In this document: positions 10,109 through 19,669 of the stretch, in pieces
Layout of the letters: each line of letters begins with the position of its first letter
Numbering within the stretch: the first letter of the stretch is position 1
DNA from: Minisyncoccota bacterium
GTDB taxonomy: Bacteria > Patescibacteriota > Minisyncoccia > UBA6257
Assembly: GCA_028694995.1 (NCBI GenBank)
Contig: JAQVJU010000002.1
Span: 67,503-131,502 of the forward strand
Length of the DNA: 64,000 nt
Direction: 5' to 3'
Made by a program: the position numbers and the translations under genes
Notes under the pieces: generated by a model
Seen by the model: the letters and a program-made list of their open reading frames with translations, nothing else
What the model was told of the DNA's origin: nothing
Database searches by the model: none

Positions 10109-10132
10109 TTTACACCTCCTATCTGGATATAA

Positions 10133-10225
10133 TTACCAGCGTCTGCCCTTACTACTAAATAAGCTGCTAAAAATTTTCTTTAAAATATGCGAAATCTTGT
10201 TTAAAATCCTTTCAACAAAATCCAT
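10133..10225 (-). CDS. 30-aa amphipathic basic peptide MDFVERILNKISHILKKIFSSLFSSKGRRW (not in ORF track)
   Basis: AAGGAGG SD, TAATG coupling with upstream ORF stop, fills the gap in the operon. Confidence 0.55.
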   Translation of the reverse strand: MDFVERILNKISHILKKIFSSLFSSKGRRW

Positions 10226-10455
10226 TATCTATTCCTCCTTTTTAACTGTAATGTCCCTATTATTATCCCTGAAAACAAAAAGAAAAACATCATTTCTAAG
10301 CTTGGAGCAAAAAACATTGAGATTAATAATACAATCATGATACCGGCTGTTATTATATTACCCCTCCTTTTCTTCTCCTCAATAATTAAATTTTCTATTG
10401 TTTTTTGTATTAACCTTTTTCGATTTCTTTTTCTCTCTAAATAGTAAAGATCCAT
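10225..10455 (-). CDS. Small two-TM hypothetical protein with basic N-terminus
   Basis: AGGAGGT SD; hydrophobic hairpin. Confidence 0.6.
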   Translation of the reverse strand: MDLYYLERKRNRKRLIQKTIENLIIEEKKRRGNIITAGIMIVLLISMFFAPSLEMMFFFLFSGIIIGTLQLKRRNR

Positions 10456-10828
10456 TTTTAAAATTACCTCCTTTTAATTTAGATGATAGCACTTTATCAA
10501 AAACCTTATCCTTAATTTCCAACTTTAAATCATTTTTTATTTGTTTATAAATTCCAGGAATTGATTCATTGCAAACATTTAGAAGCTTACATTCTTCAAT
10601 CAATTTTCCAACCTTTTGTTCGTGTACTAGGATAACCTCAAGATAACCCGAAGTACCTGGACCGTTTTTAGGCCCTAACTCTCTCTTGCCCCTTCTGGTG
10701 TATAAATAGTGCTCGAGATTATGAGCAGATAATACAGCATTCCCAACTCCATGCAATAAAAGCAAGTTAATTTTTTTCCTTTTTTTGTTCAGACATCCGT
10801 TAAACCTAACCAGGAAATAACGTTCCAT
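10379..10828 (-). CDS. Hypothetical protein
   Basis: AAGGGGT SD; first gene after TTGACA-17-TATTAT promoter (10875-10903). Confidence 0.55.
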   Translation of the reverse strand: MERYFLVRFNGCLNKKRKKINLLLLHGVGNAVLSAHNLEHYLYTRRGKRELGPKNGPGTSGYLEVILVHEQKVGKLIEECKLLNVCNESIPGIYKQIKNDLKLEIKDKVFDKVLSSKLKGGNFKNGSLLFREKKKSKKVNTKNNRKFNY

Positions 10829-10949
10829 CTTTTACCCCTTTCTTTTTTGTATTTTCAAAGTACATTTGTTGTATATAATAACATTGAATAAATAAATTGT
10901 CAAATCAAAAAATGGCCTTATTATCAGCCATTTTTTGTTTATCTAAACT

Positions 10950-11198
10950 TTAATTTTCTAAATCGTCTTCTTCTATTTCATAAAATTTACCAATATCATC
11001 AACCACATCAACTCTTTCTATCTGGCCTTCTATATTTACCTTGATATAACCTTCTTCATCTGGTTCAATGCCTTTTTCTTCTAACCATTCTTCAACCATT
11101 TCTCTTTCACCACCACCAAAAATTTCTAGAAATTCTTCATTAGTTATCAAAGGCATTTCTGTTTGTTTTTCTGGAACAGGAATAGTTTCTAAAGCCAT
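10950..11198 (-). CDS. Small acidic hypothetical protein
   Basis: Start moved to MALETIP because the track's upstream extension overlaps a promoter/hairpin unit. Confidence 0.6.
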   Translation of the reverse strand: MALETIPVPEKQTEMPLITNEEFLEIFGGGEREMVEEWLEEKGIEPDEEGYIKVNIEGQIERVDVVDDIGKFYEIEEDDLEN

Positions 11199-11236
11199 AT
11201 TTTTATTAAAAATAATTTTAAAGCCGACCTTTTTAT

Positions 11237-11315
11237 AAAAAATGCTGCTATCCATTGAAGCAAGCTTCCCTAAATAGCAGCGTCCTAAGTATAGCAAATG
11301 GAAAGTATTTGTCAA
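11237..11315 (-). ncRNA. Promoter plus about 45-nt hairpin RNA, unit A
   Basis: TTGACA-16-TATACT (11288-11315), then GCTGCTAT...GAAG-CTTG-CTTC...ATAGCAGC and T-run. Confidence 0.5.
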
Positions 11316-11351
11316 GAGGTATAAGACTCATAGGGGAATAAAGCTGGGATT

Positions 11352-11425
11352 AAAAAAATGCTGCCGCTTCTGGCAAGCCAAAAACGACAGCATTATTAGT
11401 ATAGCAAATTCAAAATCCTTGTCAA
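11352..11425 (-). ncRNA. Promoter plus about 42-nt hairpin RNA, unit B
   Basis: TTGACA-16-TATACT (11398-11425), then GCTGTCGTTTTTGG-CTTG-CCAGAAGCGGCAGC and T7. Confidence 0.5.
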
Positions 11426-11448
11426 GTCTATTGTGGATAACTTAAAAA

Positions 11449-11727
11449 TTAATGTTTAATGATTTTTATTGCTTTTCCATTGACAAGAGCCTCTGCTATT
11501 TTTTTATAAGCTGAATAAAGTATTCTTTGATAAGTGCTGGTTGAAGTATGCATTTTTTCAGCAGCTTCTTTTTGTTCTAAATCATCCAAATGCCGCAAGC
11601 GATAAGCTTCCAATTCTTCTGTGGTTAATTCAATAATTTCCAAAAACCTCATTGGAACACCTTGAGGTTTAAAATAAGTAACATCTGGATCAAAATTCAC
11701 TTTGCGATAAAGTCTTGGTCTAGCCAT
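11449..11727 (-). CDS. DUF134 (UPF0251) HTH DNA-binding protein
   Basis: MARPR...YFKPQGVP...ELEAYRL...QKEAAEKM...ALVNGKAIKI pattern. Confidence 0.85.
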   Translation of the reverse strand: MARPRLYRKVNFDPDVTYFKPQGVPMRFLEIIELTTEELEAYRLRHLDDLEQKEAAEKMHTSTSTYQRILYSAYKKIAEALVNGKAIKIIKH

Positions 11728-11811
11728 AAATACTAATTTAATAACAGAAAAAAGAAACTGGCCCCTTAATATATATTAATTAATACAGAAGAAGAGGCCA
11801 ATAATCTTTTA

Positions 11812-12069
11812 TTATTTCTGACCCTTGAGTTCGGTTAGTCGTTGTTTGATATCTTTCAATTCTTCTTCAAGATCTTCAGCTTCTTCTTCAAGTATTTCCA
11901 TTTCTTCTTCCTTAGTTATCCTAGTTGGATAATAAGGGCCATAACCCCAACCACGACCAAAACCTCTGCCATATCCTCTTCCCCAGCCACGACCAGCGCC
12001 ACAAGGCCCTAAGCCCCAACCGGTTCCAGGACCCATTCCCCAAGGACCAGTTCCATCAAATCTTGGCAT
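11812..12069 (-). CDS. DUF5320 family Gly/Arg-rich protein
   Basis: MPRFDGTGPWGMGPGTGWGLGPC, GRGxG repeats, coiled-coil C-terminus. Confidence 0.85.
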   Translation of the reverse strand: MPRFDGTGPWGMGPGTGWGLGPCGAGRGWGRGYGRGFGRGWGYGPYYPTRITKEEEMEILEEEAEDLEEELKDIKQRLTELKGQK

Positions 12070-12120
12070 ATTTTTATTATTGTTAATATTTTAGATTTGA
12101 GATAGCCGACTTACTATCTG

Positions 12121-12154
12121 TTATGAGTATATACCCATAATTAGAAAAAGTCAA
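12121..12154 (-). promoter_or_regulatory. Promoter TTGACT-17-TATACT overlapped by 20-bp palindrome TTATGaGTATATACcCATAA (probable DUF134 operator)
   Basis: Palindrome at 12121-12140 covers the -10 box upstream of DUF5320-DUF134. Confidence 0.6.
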
Positions 12155-12158
12155 GTCT

Positions 12159-12749
12159 TTAAATTTCTCTTAATTCCCCTGTTTTAATATCCTTATCTTT
12201 ATTCATTTCTTCTAATAATTCTTCTTGAGTTTTATTCTTTAAATATCCTTCTAAGAGCCACAAAGGATCTCCGTGAGAAACAATCAGAATATTCTTGTTT
12301 TCATATTTGTTTTCTATTTCATTAAGAACAGCAACCATTCTTTCTTGGCATTGATTCCAGCTTTCGCCTTTAGGCACTCCCATTTCAAACTTTTTTATTT
12401 TATCATTGTCATAATATGCCCAAGCTTCTCTTTTATTCTTGCCACCAAAAATTCCCCAATTAACATCTCTTAATCTTTTATCATAAATAACCTTTTCTAA
12501 ATTATAACCTATTATTTTAGCTATAATTTCAACAGTTAACTTTACCCTTAGAATATCAGAGGCAAATATGTAATCTATGTTTTTTTCTTTTAATTTCTCA
12601 CCTACTAATTCTATTTGTTTTATACCTTCTTCTAATAAATCACAAGGAGGATTATCATCTGGATATTCATAGATAATATCTTTTTTTTCAGCCTGGTGAA
12701 TAGTTTTACCATGTCTTAATAAAAAATATTTATTTTTAAAAATTCTCAT
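12159..12749 (-). CDS. Histidine phosphatase family protein
   Basis: LLRHG, GESW and LIVSHG motifs. Confidence 0.85.
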   Translation of the reverse strand: MRIFKNKYFLLRHGKTIHQAEKKDIIYEYPDDNPPCDLLEEGIKQIELVGEKLKEKNIDYIFASDILRVKLTVEIIAKIIGYNLEKVIYDKRLRDVNWGIFGGKNKREAWAYYDNDKIKKFEMGVPKGESWNQCQERMVAVLNEIENKYENKNILIVSHGDPLWLLEGYLKNKTQEELLEEMNKDKDIKTGELREI

Positions 12750-12755
12750 AACATA

Positions 12756-13010
12756 CTAAATTTTAACTTTTTCTGATTTTAAAAGTTGTCTCTTTTTAGC
12801 TGTTCCATGTCTAAAACCACCTATTTCTCCATTATTTCTTATTACCCGATGACAAGGAACAGTTGGATCATCATTTTTATTTAAAACATTACCTACTGCT
12901 CGATAAGCCTTAGGTCTCCCTATTAATATAGCTACTTGTTTATAACTTAAAGTTTCACCTTTAGGAATTTTCCTAACTACTTGATAAACACTTTCTTTAA
13001 AACTTTTCAT
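12756..13010 (-). CDS. MGMT/Ogt-family O6-alkylguanine protein (C-terminal domain only)
   Basis: IPKGETLSY, RAVG and VPCHRV motifs. Confidence 0.85.
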   Translation of the reverse strand: MKSFKESVYQVVRKIPKGETLSYKQVAILIGRPKAYRAVGNVLNKNDDPTVPCHRVIRNNGEIGGFRHGTAKKRQLLKSEKVKI

Positions 13011-13098
13011 ATTTAATTGATATAATTTTTCATAAAAACTCTAAAATAGGTCACTTTTAGCGAAGCTCTAAGTTTTACTTAATTTAGTGATAAATCTT

Positions 13099-13176
13099 TT
13101 ACAACTTTTGGCAGATTTCTTTCTGTGGCGATTTTTGTTTATCTATGTAGTATTCGTCTACTTTTTTATCTGTCAT
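13099..13176 (-). pseudogene. Possible remnant of a DUF1801-like gene (MTDKKVDEYYIDKQKSPQKEICQKL*)
   Basis: Resembles the VDEYI...QKEI N-terminus of YdhG/DUF1801 proteins; truncated next to the island edge. Confidence 0.3.
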
Positions 13177-13390
13177 GTTATTTATACTCAATAAACAATA
13201 GTGTTTTTTAATAACTCAGCATATATATGAATCAATAAATTAAATTTTGTGTCTAAAATCACCTAACAAGCATCTGCAGGGAGAGATCAACAAAAACATT
13301 TTCCATCTAGCGGTACCTTTTGGTTAAAATCCGAATTTTTTTTCGGCGGATTTCGAGAGCGTGCCAATATCATTGGCGCGCCGCTTCAAA

Positions 13391-16297
13391 TTAAGAAAAT
13401 ATCTTCACAAAATCATTTGTCCAATATCTTCTGTATTCTTCCTTAATTTCTCTGCCCGGCTGTTGCTCGTTGAAATAATACAAATCAACCCTTTCAAGCT
13501 TCTTACTTCTCAGTTTATCTAAATCATCCACAAAATCAATGAATCCGTCAATTTTGTCAGCAGAATTGGTCGTATATTCAACGCCGTGCGGATCAATAAA
13601 CTTGATATAATATTGATTGTCTTTTTTAAGCCAAAAGATGAAATCCGGATAAAAATTATCATATTGGCTTTTATCCGAATTAAAATAAGGAATTCCAACT
13701 CTATCTATTGTTTCATCAATTTTTGAAAAGTACCACCAATCAAAATCTTTCAGCAGATTATCGTCTTGCGTTAAGTATTCTTTCAGAGTGTGCAAAAATT
13801 CTATTTCGCTTTGCTTTTTGATAATATGCTGAAAATGTTCCGTATCTTGCTTAAACAAAATAGGCGCATAGTAATGCTCCTCTAAAATTTCAAAATCCAA
13901 ATAATTTCTCAGAATATCCAAATTTTTGCTATCGGCTACATCTTTTATCAATTCTTTATATTTACTTCTGTCAATTTTCCCTTCGTCAAACATTTTATCT
14001 ATCTCTTTTTCGGTCAATCTTGGTTTGATGATTTTTAAAATATCTTTTTCTAATTTTTCTACCTCGTTTTTATCAATGTTTGTTTTAACTTTTTTGTAAT
14101 GCAAAATTTCGTCGTCCAAAATTTTTATCTCGCTTAATTTTTTAACATTTTCATTGAAATAGTTATCTGAAATAAACAATATATTCTCAATTGATTTTTT
14201 TCTTCTTCTTTCTCCAGTTTTGAAATTGTCCCTATTACTTACTTTGTTGAAAGTCCTTAATTTTATCCCTTGTTTTAACAAAAGCACTTTTGGTCCATTT
14301 TTCTGAACGAGCTGTGAAAGTTCGTTATACTCATTCGTGCCAATCCAAAACGGCTTATTATTCACTCCACCGTCTTCAAAAAATGGTATGAAAATTGGCA
14401 ATTCTTTTTCGTTTATTCCCTCATTTTTCTTTATTCCTTCTATTTTAATCCAATCCGGGTTAACTTGTTTTCCCAATCCTTCTAGAATATTCTTTACCAC
14501 CTCTTTATTGGTAGCGAAAATAAACAAACTCTCTAAAACATTATTTTCTTTTTTTATTTTTTCAACTTCGGAATTTGAAAAAAGCGAATTCTCTAAATAG
14601 TCAAATCTTTTCCTTTGGTTGATAGTCGGTTCAATTCTTACGCCACGCCCGATTGACTGCAATACAAATTTTTTGGCGTCGTCGCTTACACCGATATTGA
14701 TAAAGTTAATCACATTGGGGCGGTTCGTATCCCAACCCTCGGTAAATATTCGGCTTCCGAGCAGAATATTTATGTCATTTCTTTTGTTTATATCGTCAAA
14801 AAAACTTTCTCCGATAACTCGCCCGAATTCATACCCCTCTAAAACATTGCTTTCCCATTTGATAATATCGCTTGCGACAATAAGCATAAAATATTTACTC
14901 GCTCCGACCAGCTTAAAGGCAAGCTCCCTAGAATTATCCCTGAATTTTACAATTTCTATATTCCCTTGATTATCGGCATTAAAAACGGCCTTAAAAAAAT
15001 TCGCTTTTTTCAAATTCCTGATTTCAGAAATTAAATTTTGATCTATATCTCCAAGCCCGAATAAATAATCCTTGTTGTTTTTCAACTTTACGACTAAATT
15101 GTTTTTTGCCACTTCAAAATTAAATTTTCCACGCGCAATTTCAGCCAAAAGTTTATAGAAAATTTTTAAATCAGCTTCTTCTGTATTTACGCTATTGGCC
15201 AAAGTGATTAAAAGAGGGGCATGATATAAATTTTTACTTATCGTCTGCATTTTATGAAAATGCTCTTTAGCCAAAGCAAAAATAATTAAAGTTTGAGCGA
15301 TAATATCCTTTTTTTCATTTGTTGAAAAATCATCATCCATTCCCTTTTTAAAATTCTTGAAGTCAGAATTTGCTATGTATAATTTTTTTCCGTAGCCTTC
15401 TTTCAAAAAAGTATCCAATTTATAATCAAAAATGGTTGTCGCAATATCCAAATCATCCGTAAAGGTAGCGGAAAAATTAAATAAAAATCCGTTTTTGGTG
15501 AGAGCCATAAAATATTGCTGTCTTTTTGAAGTTTCTTTTTCTCCTTTATGCGCCTCGTCCAAAATCAAATACCAATTGCCGCTGTTATAAATACTTTCGT
15601 AATTTATTCTTGAGCCGTTTAATTTTTTTGCGATTGTTTCTTTGTCAGCGATATTATCCGCCCGATAATAAAAAACATTGATTTCGCTTTTATTAAAAAT
15701 ATCCTGCTGATTTTTTATTTTTTCCCACTCCTTCAAATTTCTAAGATTTATTGTTATTTCCGCGCCCTTATTGAATTTGTTTATATGCTCTTTAATTTGG
15801 GATAGAATTTCGTCTTTTGGAGCCAAAATCAAAATATCCTTATGAGGAATTAAATTTTTATTCATTAAATCAGCCAAAATCGCTAAAAGTTTTACCATTA
15901 CTAAAGTTTTACCGCTTCCGGTCGCCATCCAAAAAGCGGCGCGGTTTATAAAACTTTGAAATGAAATGCGAGTGCCGGCTGGAAAATAATTTGCCAAAAA
16001 TTTAAAATTTTCGTTTTCTTCCTTAATATCAAGCTGATCATTTAATTCTTGTGTCAAGCCGAAATCACGATACAACTGTAAAAATTCTTGTTTGCTTCTG
16101 TCTAATGCCAAGCCGTTATTTTGCTTAAAATCTTTGTAAAGCAAATACAAAACGGCGGTTATGTTTTCTAACGCCTTTTTTTGGTATGGAAAGAGTTCCC
16201 AGTCTAAACCGAATTTACTCAAATCTCGGTAAATCCATTCAGGCGGAATATCCAAACTTTTCCATTTATTTTCAATTATTTTTTGTAAGATTATCAT
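13391..16297 (-). CDS. res: Type III restriction endonuclease Res subunit
   Basis: MATGSGKT, LDEAHKG, FSATF, EGWD, QSIGRGVR helicase motifs and C-terminal FYPDFIFW...IDPHG nuclease. Confidence 0.88.
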   Translation of the reverse strand: MIILQKIIENKWKSLDIPPEWIYRDLSKFGLDWELFPYQKKALENITAVLYLLYKDFKQNNGLALDRSKQEFLQLYRDFGLTQELNDQLDIKEENENFKFLANYFPAGTRISFQSFINRAAFWMATGSGKTLVMVKLLAILADLMNKNLIPHKDILILAPKDEILSQIKEHINKFNKGAEITINLRNLKEWEKIKNQQDIFNKSEINVFYYRADNIADKETIAKKLNGSRINYESIYNSGNWYLILDEAHKGEKETSKRQQYFMALTKNGFLFNFSATFTDDLDIATTIFDYKLDTFLKEGYGKKLYIANSDFKNFKKGMDDDFSTNEKKDIIAQTLIIFALAKEHFHKMQTISKNLYHAPLLITLANSVNTEEADLKIFYKLLAEIARGKFNFEVAKNNLVVKLKNNKDYLFGLGDIDQNLISEIRNLKKANFFKAVFNADNQGNIEIVKFRDNSRELAFKLVGASKYFMLIVASDIIKWESNVLEGYEFGRVIGESFFDDINKRNDINILLGSRIFTEGWDTNRPNVINFINIGVSDDAKKFVLQSIGRGVRIEPTINQRKRFDYLENSLFSNSEVEKIKKENNVLESLFIFATNKEVVKNILEGLGKQVNPDWIKIEGIKKNEGINEKELPIFIPFFEDGGVNNKPFWIGTNEYNELSQLVQKNGPKVLLLKQGIKLRTFNKVSNRDNFKTGERRRKKSIENILFISDNYFNENVKKLSEIKILDDEILHYKKVKTNIDKNEVEKLEKDILKIIKPRLTEKEIDKMFDEGKIDRSKYKELIKDVADSKNLDILRNYLDFEILEEHYYAPILFKQDTEHFQHIIKKQSEIEFLHTLKEYLTQDDNLLKDFDWWYFSKIDETIDRVGIPYFNSDKSQYDNFYPDFIFWLKKDNQYYIKFIDPHGVEYTTNSADKIDGFIDFVDDLDKLRSKKLERVDLYYFNEQQPGREIKEEYRRYWTNDFVKIFS

Positions 16298-16300
16298 AAA

Positions 16301-19132
16301 CTACCAATAAATAAGTTTCTTCAGCGGTACGTATTTTGCAAAGTCAAGATTATTCAAATCTACTTCTGAATCGTCTTCAAAAATAATTTTGTCCTTACCT
16401 ATTTTCTTAATCTTTTTGCCGAAAAGATTAGAAATCGTCTCGGCAATATCAACATCGGGATATAATTTTTCAAAAACAAATCGCGCTTTTTCTTTCTTTA
16501 AGTCGATTTCCAAGCCTTTGTTCGCCAATTTTTCCGACAAAGAAAAAGAATCTTCAATTTGTTTTCTCTTTTCTGCCTTTGCGCCGTTTTCCAATCCGGC
16601 AAAATCAATTTTTTGCAATTCTTTTTCGGTAGGATTATAGTTTGCTCGTTTCAAAACATCTTCGTATTGTTCCAGCTCATAATATTTAAAAAATCCGCCA
16701 CCTTGCCAATTAACATCTTTTGATAAGTGGGGCTTTCTTACAACGGGGCTATGTATGGCTTTAAACTCCTTATCTCCTTTCAAAACTATTTTCATTCTTC
16801 CCAATACTCCTATTTTTTTCATAACAACTTTCGCTTTTGAATTCGTTTCTGACAAGATTTTTACTATCGCAGGATTATTTTTTATATCTATTTTTTCCGC
16901 ATTTTCTTCTTCATCCATATCTTCCAAAGAAGTTTTAGTGCTACCATTTTTATTTATTTCAACCTCATCTAAATAAATCTCGTTGAAAAAATCACCCATT
17001 TCTACGCCAATCCATTTTCTATTTATTTTTTGACATACGGCGCAAGTAGTTCCACTTCCGACAAAAAAATCAAAAACTATATCCTTTGGCTCCGATGACG
17101 ATTGCACAATTCTCCTAATTAAATTTTCTGGCTTTTGATTGCTGACGAAAGATAAGCTCTCAGTAATTCGCGGCTCGGAATATTGAAAAGAATAAATATC
17201 ATTCCAAATTGTACCCTTAGCTTTAACCTTTTTATCAACTTTAATTTTTTCAAAAACACCATTGACCCATTTTTCTATGAATAGATCATTTTTGTCTTTT
17301 CCTAAAATATCTAACCAACCAAAATCACTTGATTTTTTTAATAATTCGTAAGATTTGTAAAAGAGGTATTTTTCACTCTTTGAATAAAAATGAATAAAAT
17401 CAGCTTGCCGAATCCAGTTTAATGCTTGAGATTTGAATCCTGAAATATTATCACCGGTATTCCATGTAATTTTGGCTTTAAAATTATCCGGCCCAAAATT
17501 TTTATCTAAAAGTATTTTTGCATAATGTTCGGCAATATGATCAAGGTGGAGATAAAAATTACCCTCATCTTTTAAGAAAGGTTTTGAAAATTCTATTCGG
17601 TTATCCATTAAAGTTAGCCACGTTGAATCTTGAAAAGTATCAATAAAATCAAAATCATTTCCGGTATTAAACGGCGGGTCAATATAAATTGTCTGCACTT
17701 GTTCTTTGTATTTTGGCAATAGCGTGTTTAACGCTTGGAAATTGTCGGATTTTATAAGTCTACCGTCCAGCGCTTCGTCCAAGTCGTCAAAAAGACTAAT
17801 AATTTCAATTTCTAAATCTTTAAAATGTTTCGTATCAATCGGCAAAGTTTGCCAATCTTTATTTAGCTGTCCGTCTTTTATAATTTCTTTTGGATTGAAT
17901 TTTTTATCAACTATTCCAAGCTCCAGCCACTCGGAAAACTGCTTATTAAAACCTTTATATTTCAAAATTTTGGCGATAATTTCTAAACCGTTTTTTGTGT
18001 TGGCAATTCTATCCAAAGTTATTACATAATTTGAATTTCGGGCAAATTTTGGTTTCAGCCAAATCTTTTTTAGTTCATCTTCAAAATTACCGATAAAATC
18101 AATCGTTAAGTGCGCTATATCTTTTATTTTCTTTATTCTGTCCAGCGATTCTTGGCTGAAAACAGTATCCATGCTTCCCGCCAAATGCTGGTACATATAT
18201 AAATCAAACTGCTCGCGCAAAAATCCTTTCGCGTCTTTATGGATAAAATAATCAATTTCTGTCTGTTTCTTATAAATCTTAAAAGCTTTTTCTATTTCTT
18301 CCGAGCTTAAATCTGTGCCTTTTAACCTTAAATATTTTCCAATTTCTCCGGTTTCAGAAATTGCCGGTTCAATTGATACGCTTCCGTACAAATCTTTATT
18401 GTCCGAAACGATAAATTCCACTTTAGCCTTATTCCTTGCTCCTTTATCACTTAATTTTGCAAAATCCAAACCAGAATTTAATAAAACGATTTTAGGATTT
18501 TTTAACTTTTCTATATTTTCCAAAAGATATTTAACGATTTTAACTTTGTCTTTAATTTTTAAGATCTCTTGAAGTTTTGTATATTTATTATCGTTTTTAT
18601 AAAGAACACGGAATTTGACAATCTTTTTCCCGCCTCTCTTTTGAGTGCCGGTGAAATAAAATTCCAGCTCCTTTTTCTCATTGGCTTGCTTGTGTTTCAA
18701 AAGCGAAGCGTCAAAAGCAAAATCAAAAGCAATTTCAGGGTCAGAATCAATTGATAAGTTTTCTATCGTTTTATAATTTGCTTCGGATTTTACATAGTAC
18801 AGCTTTGCGGTTTTCCAAAATAAAGCCGTGTCCTCTCTGTCGGAATAGACTTTGGCATAGATATTTTTATAAACAGGAGTTGAAGAAAAGAAAATTGCCC
18901 CGCCGTCAGAGAAATAGGAGTCAAAAAATGTATAAAGTTTGTCAAAAAGGTCTTCCGGCTGGTCTTTGCCAAATTTGGCTTTGACTTCTTTTTTTATTCT
19001 CTCTCGGATTTTATTAAAATAGTCCGTCTTGATATTCATCAAGTTGATATATCCGCTTTCGCCTTCTAATTTGGCGCCGACAAATAAGTCCTTCAAAATG
19101 CTATAAAATTTTTGTTCTTTATTATTATTCAT
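16301..19132 (-). CDS. mod: Type III DNA N6-adenine methyltransferase Mod subunit
   Basis: IYIDPPFNTG, QKPENL and DFFVGSGTT motifs; adjacent to res. Confidence 0.9.
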   Translation of the reverse strand: MNNNKEQKFYSILKDLFVGAKLEGESGYINLMNIKTDYFNKIRERIKKEVKAKFGKDQPEDLFDKLYTFFDSYFSDGGAIFFSSTPVYKNIYAKVYSDREDTALFWKTAKLYYVKSEANYKTIENLSIDSDPEIAFDFAFDASLLKHKQANEKKELEFYFTGTQKRGGKKIVKFRVLYKNDNKYTKLQEILKIKDKVKIVKYLLENIEKLKNPKIVLLNSGLDFAKLSDKGARNKAKVEFIVSDNKDLYGSVSIEPAISETGEIGKYLRLKGTDLSSEEIEKAFKIYKKQTEIDYFIHKDAKGFLREQFDLYMYQHLAGSMDTVFSQESLDRIKKIKDIAHLTIDFIGNFEDELKKIWLKPKFARNSNYVITLDRIANTKNGLEIIAKILKYKGFNKQFSEWLELGIVDKKFNPKEIIKDGQLNKDWQTLPIDTKHFKDLEIEIISLFDDLDEALDGRLIKSDNFQALNTLLPKYKEQVQTIYIDPPFNTGNDFDFIDTFQDSTWLTLMDNRIEFSKPFLKDEGNFYLHLDHIAEHYAKILLDKNFGPDNFKAKITWNTGDNISGFKSQALNWIRQADFIHFYSKSEKYLFYKSYELLKKSSDFGWLDILGKDKNDLFIEKWVNGVFEKIKVDKKVKAKGTIWNDIYSFQYSEPRITESLSFVSNQKPENLIRRIVQSSSEPKDIVFDFFVGSGTTCAVCQKINRKWIGVEMGDFFNEIYLDEVEINKNGSTKTSLEDMDEEENAEKIDIKNNPAIVKILSETNSKAKVVMKKIGVLGRMKIVLKGDKEFKAIHSPVVRKPHLSKDVNWQGGGFFKYYELEQYEDVLKRANYNPTEKELQKIDFAGLENGAKAEKRKQIEDSFSLSEKLANKGLEIDLKKEKARFVFEKLYPDVDIAETISNLFGKKIKKIGKDKIIFEDDSEVDLNNLDFAKYVPLKKLIYW

Positions 19133-19138
19133 AAATTT

Positions 19139-19348
19139 TTATTTCATTAAATCATCTAAACTTACGCCAAGAGCTTTGGCGATTTTTTGGACAGTATTAA
19201 TGGTCGGACTTTGTATTCCGCCCGATTCAATTTTAATAATTGTAGCGTGAGAAACATCCGCTAACCTTGAAAGCTTGTCCTGTGATAAATTCTTTATTTT
19301 TCTAAGCTTTTTTATGTTTTTAGAAATAGTTGGAATTGTTTTTGTCAT
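19139..19348 (-). CDS. XRE-family HTH regulator (controller-like) upstream of mod-res
   Basis: LSQDKLSRLADVSHATIIKIESG...IAKALGVS HTH. Confidence 0.85.
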   Translation of the reverse strand: MTKTIPTISKNIKKLRKIKNLSQDKLSRLADVSHATIIKIESGGIQSPTINTVQKIAKALGVSLDDLMK

Positions 19349-19669
19349 TGTGATATGATAATATAGATATTAGGATATTGATATTATTCTATCGTTCGTG
19401 AGTTATCTATAATGCTATAATACCAAAAATTTTAATTTTTAGCAACGATAATAAAGGGAGTTCCTTTGCGTTGCCCGCGCACGAGAAGGGTGAGGCAACA
19501 GCAACATCATCTATGGCGGCGCATTTTGCTTTGCAAAATACGCTCTCCAAGTCCGCCGAAAAAAGGTCGGCCCAAGCTAGGGCGAGACGTAAGGGGGGTG
19601 TGGAGGGAATTCCGCCTCGCCTGAGCCGAAGCGAAGCTCCGCCGCCCTGCTCGTTCAGAGCAGACCGCT

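Noticed and set aside
11199..11315. N-terminal extension of ORF 10950-11315
   Set aside because: Its TTG start is the -35 box of a promoter and the extension crosses a hairpin and T-run. ATG 11198 is more plausible.
11237..11425. CRISPR array or mini-array
   Set aside because: Only two diverged units, the shared parts are promoter boxes and stem ends, and there are no cas genes. No CRISPR array was seen anywhere in the window.
16301..19132. Phase-variable simple sequence repeat in mod
   Set aside because: No SSR tract beyond ordinary short A/T runs was seen, and the frame is intact.
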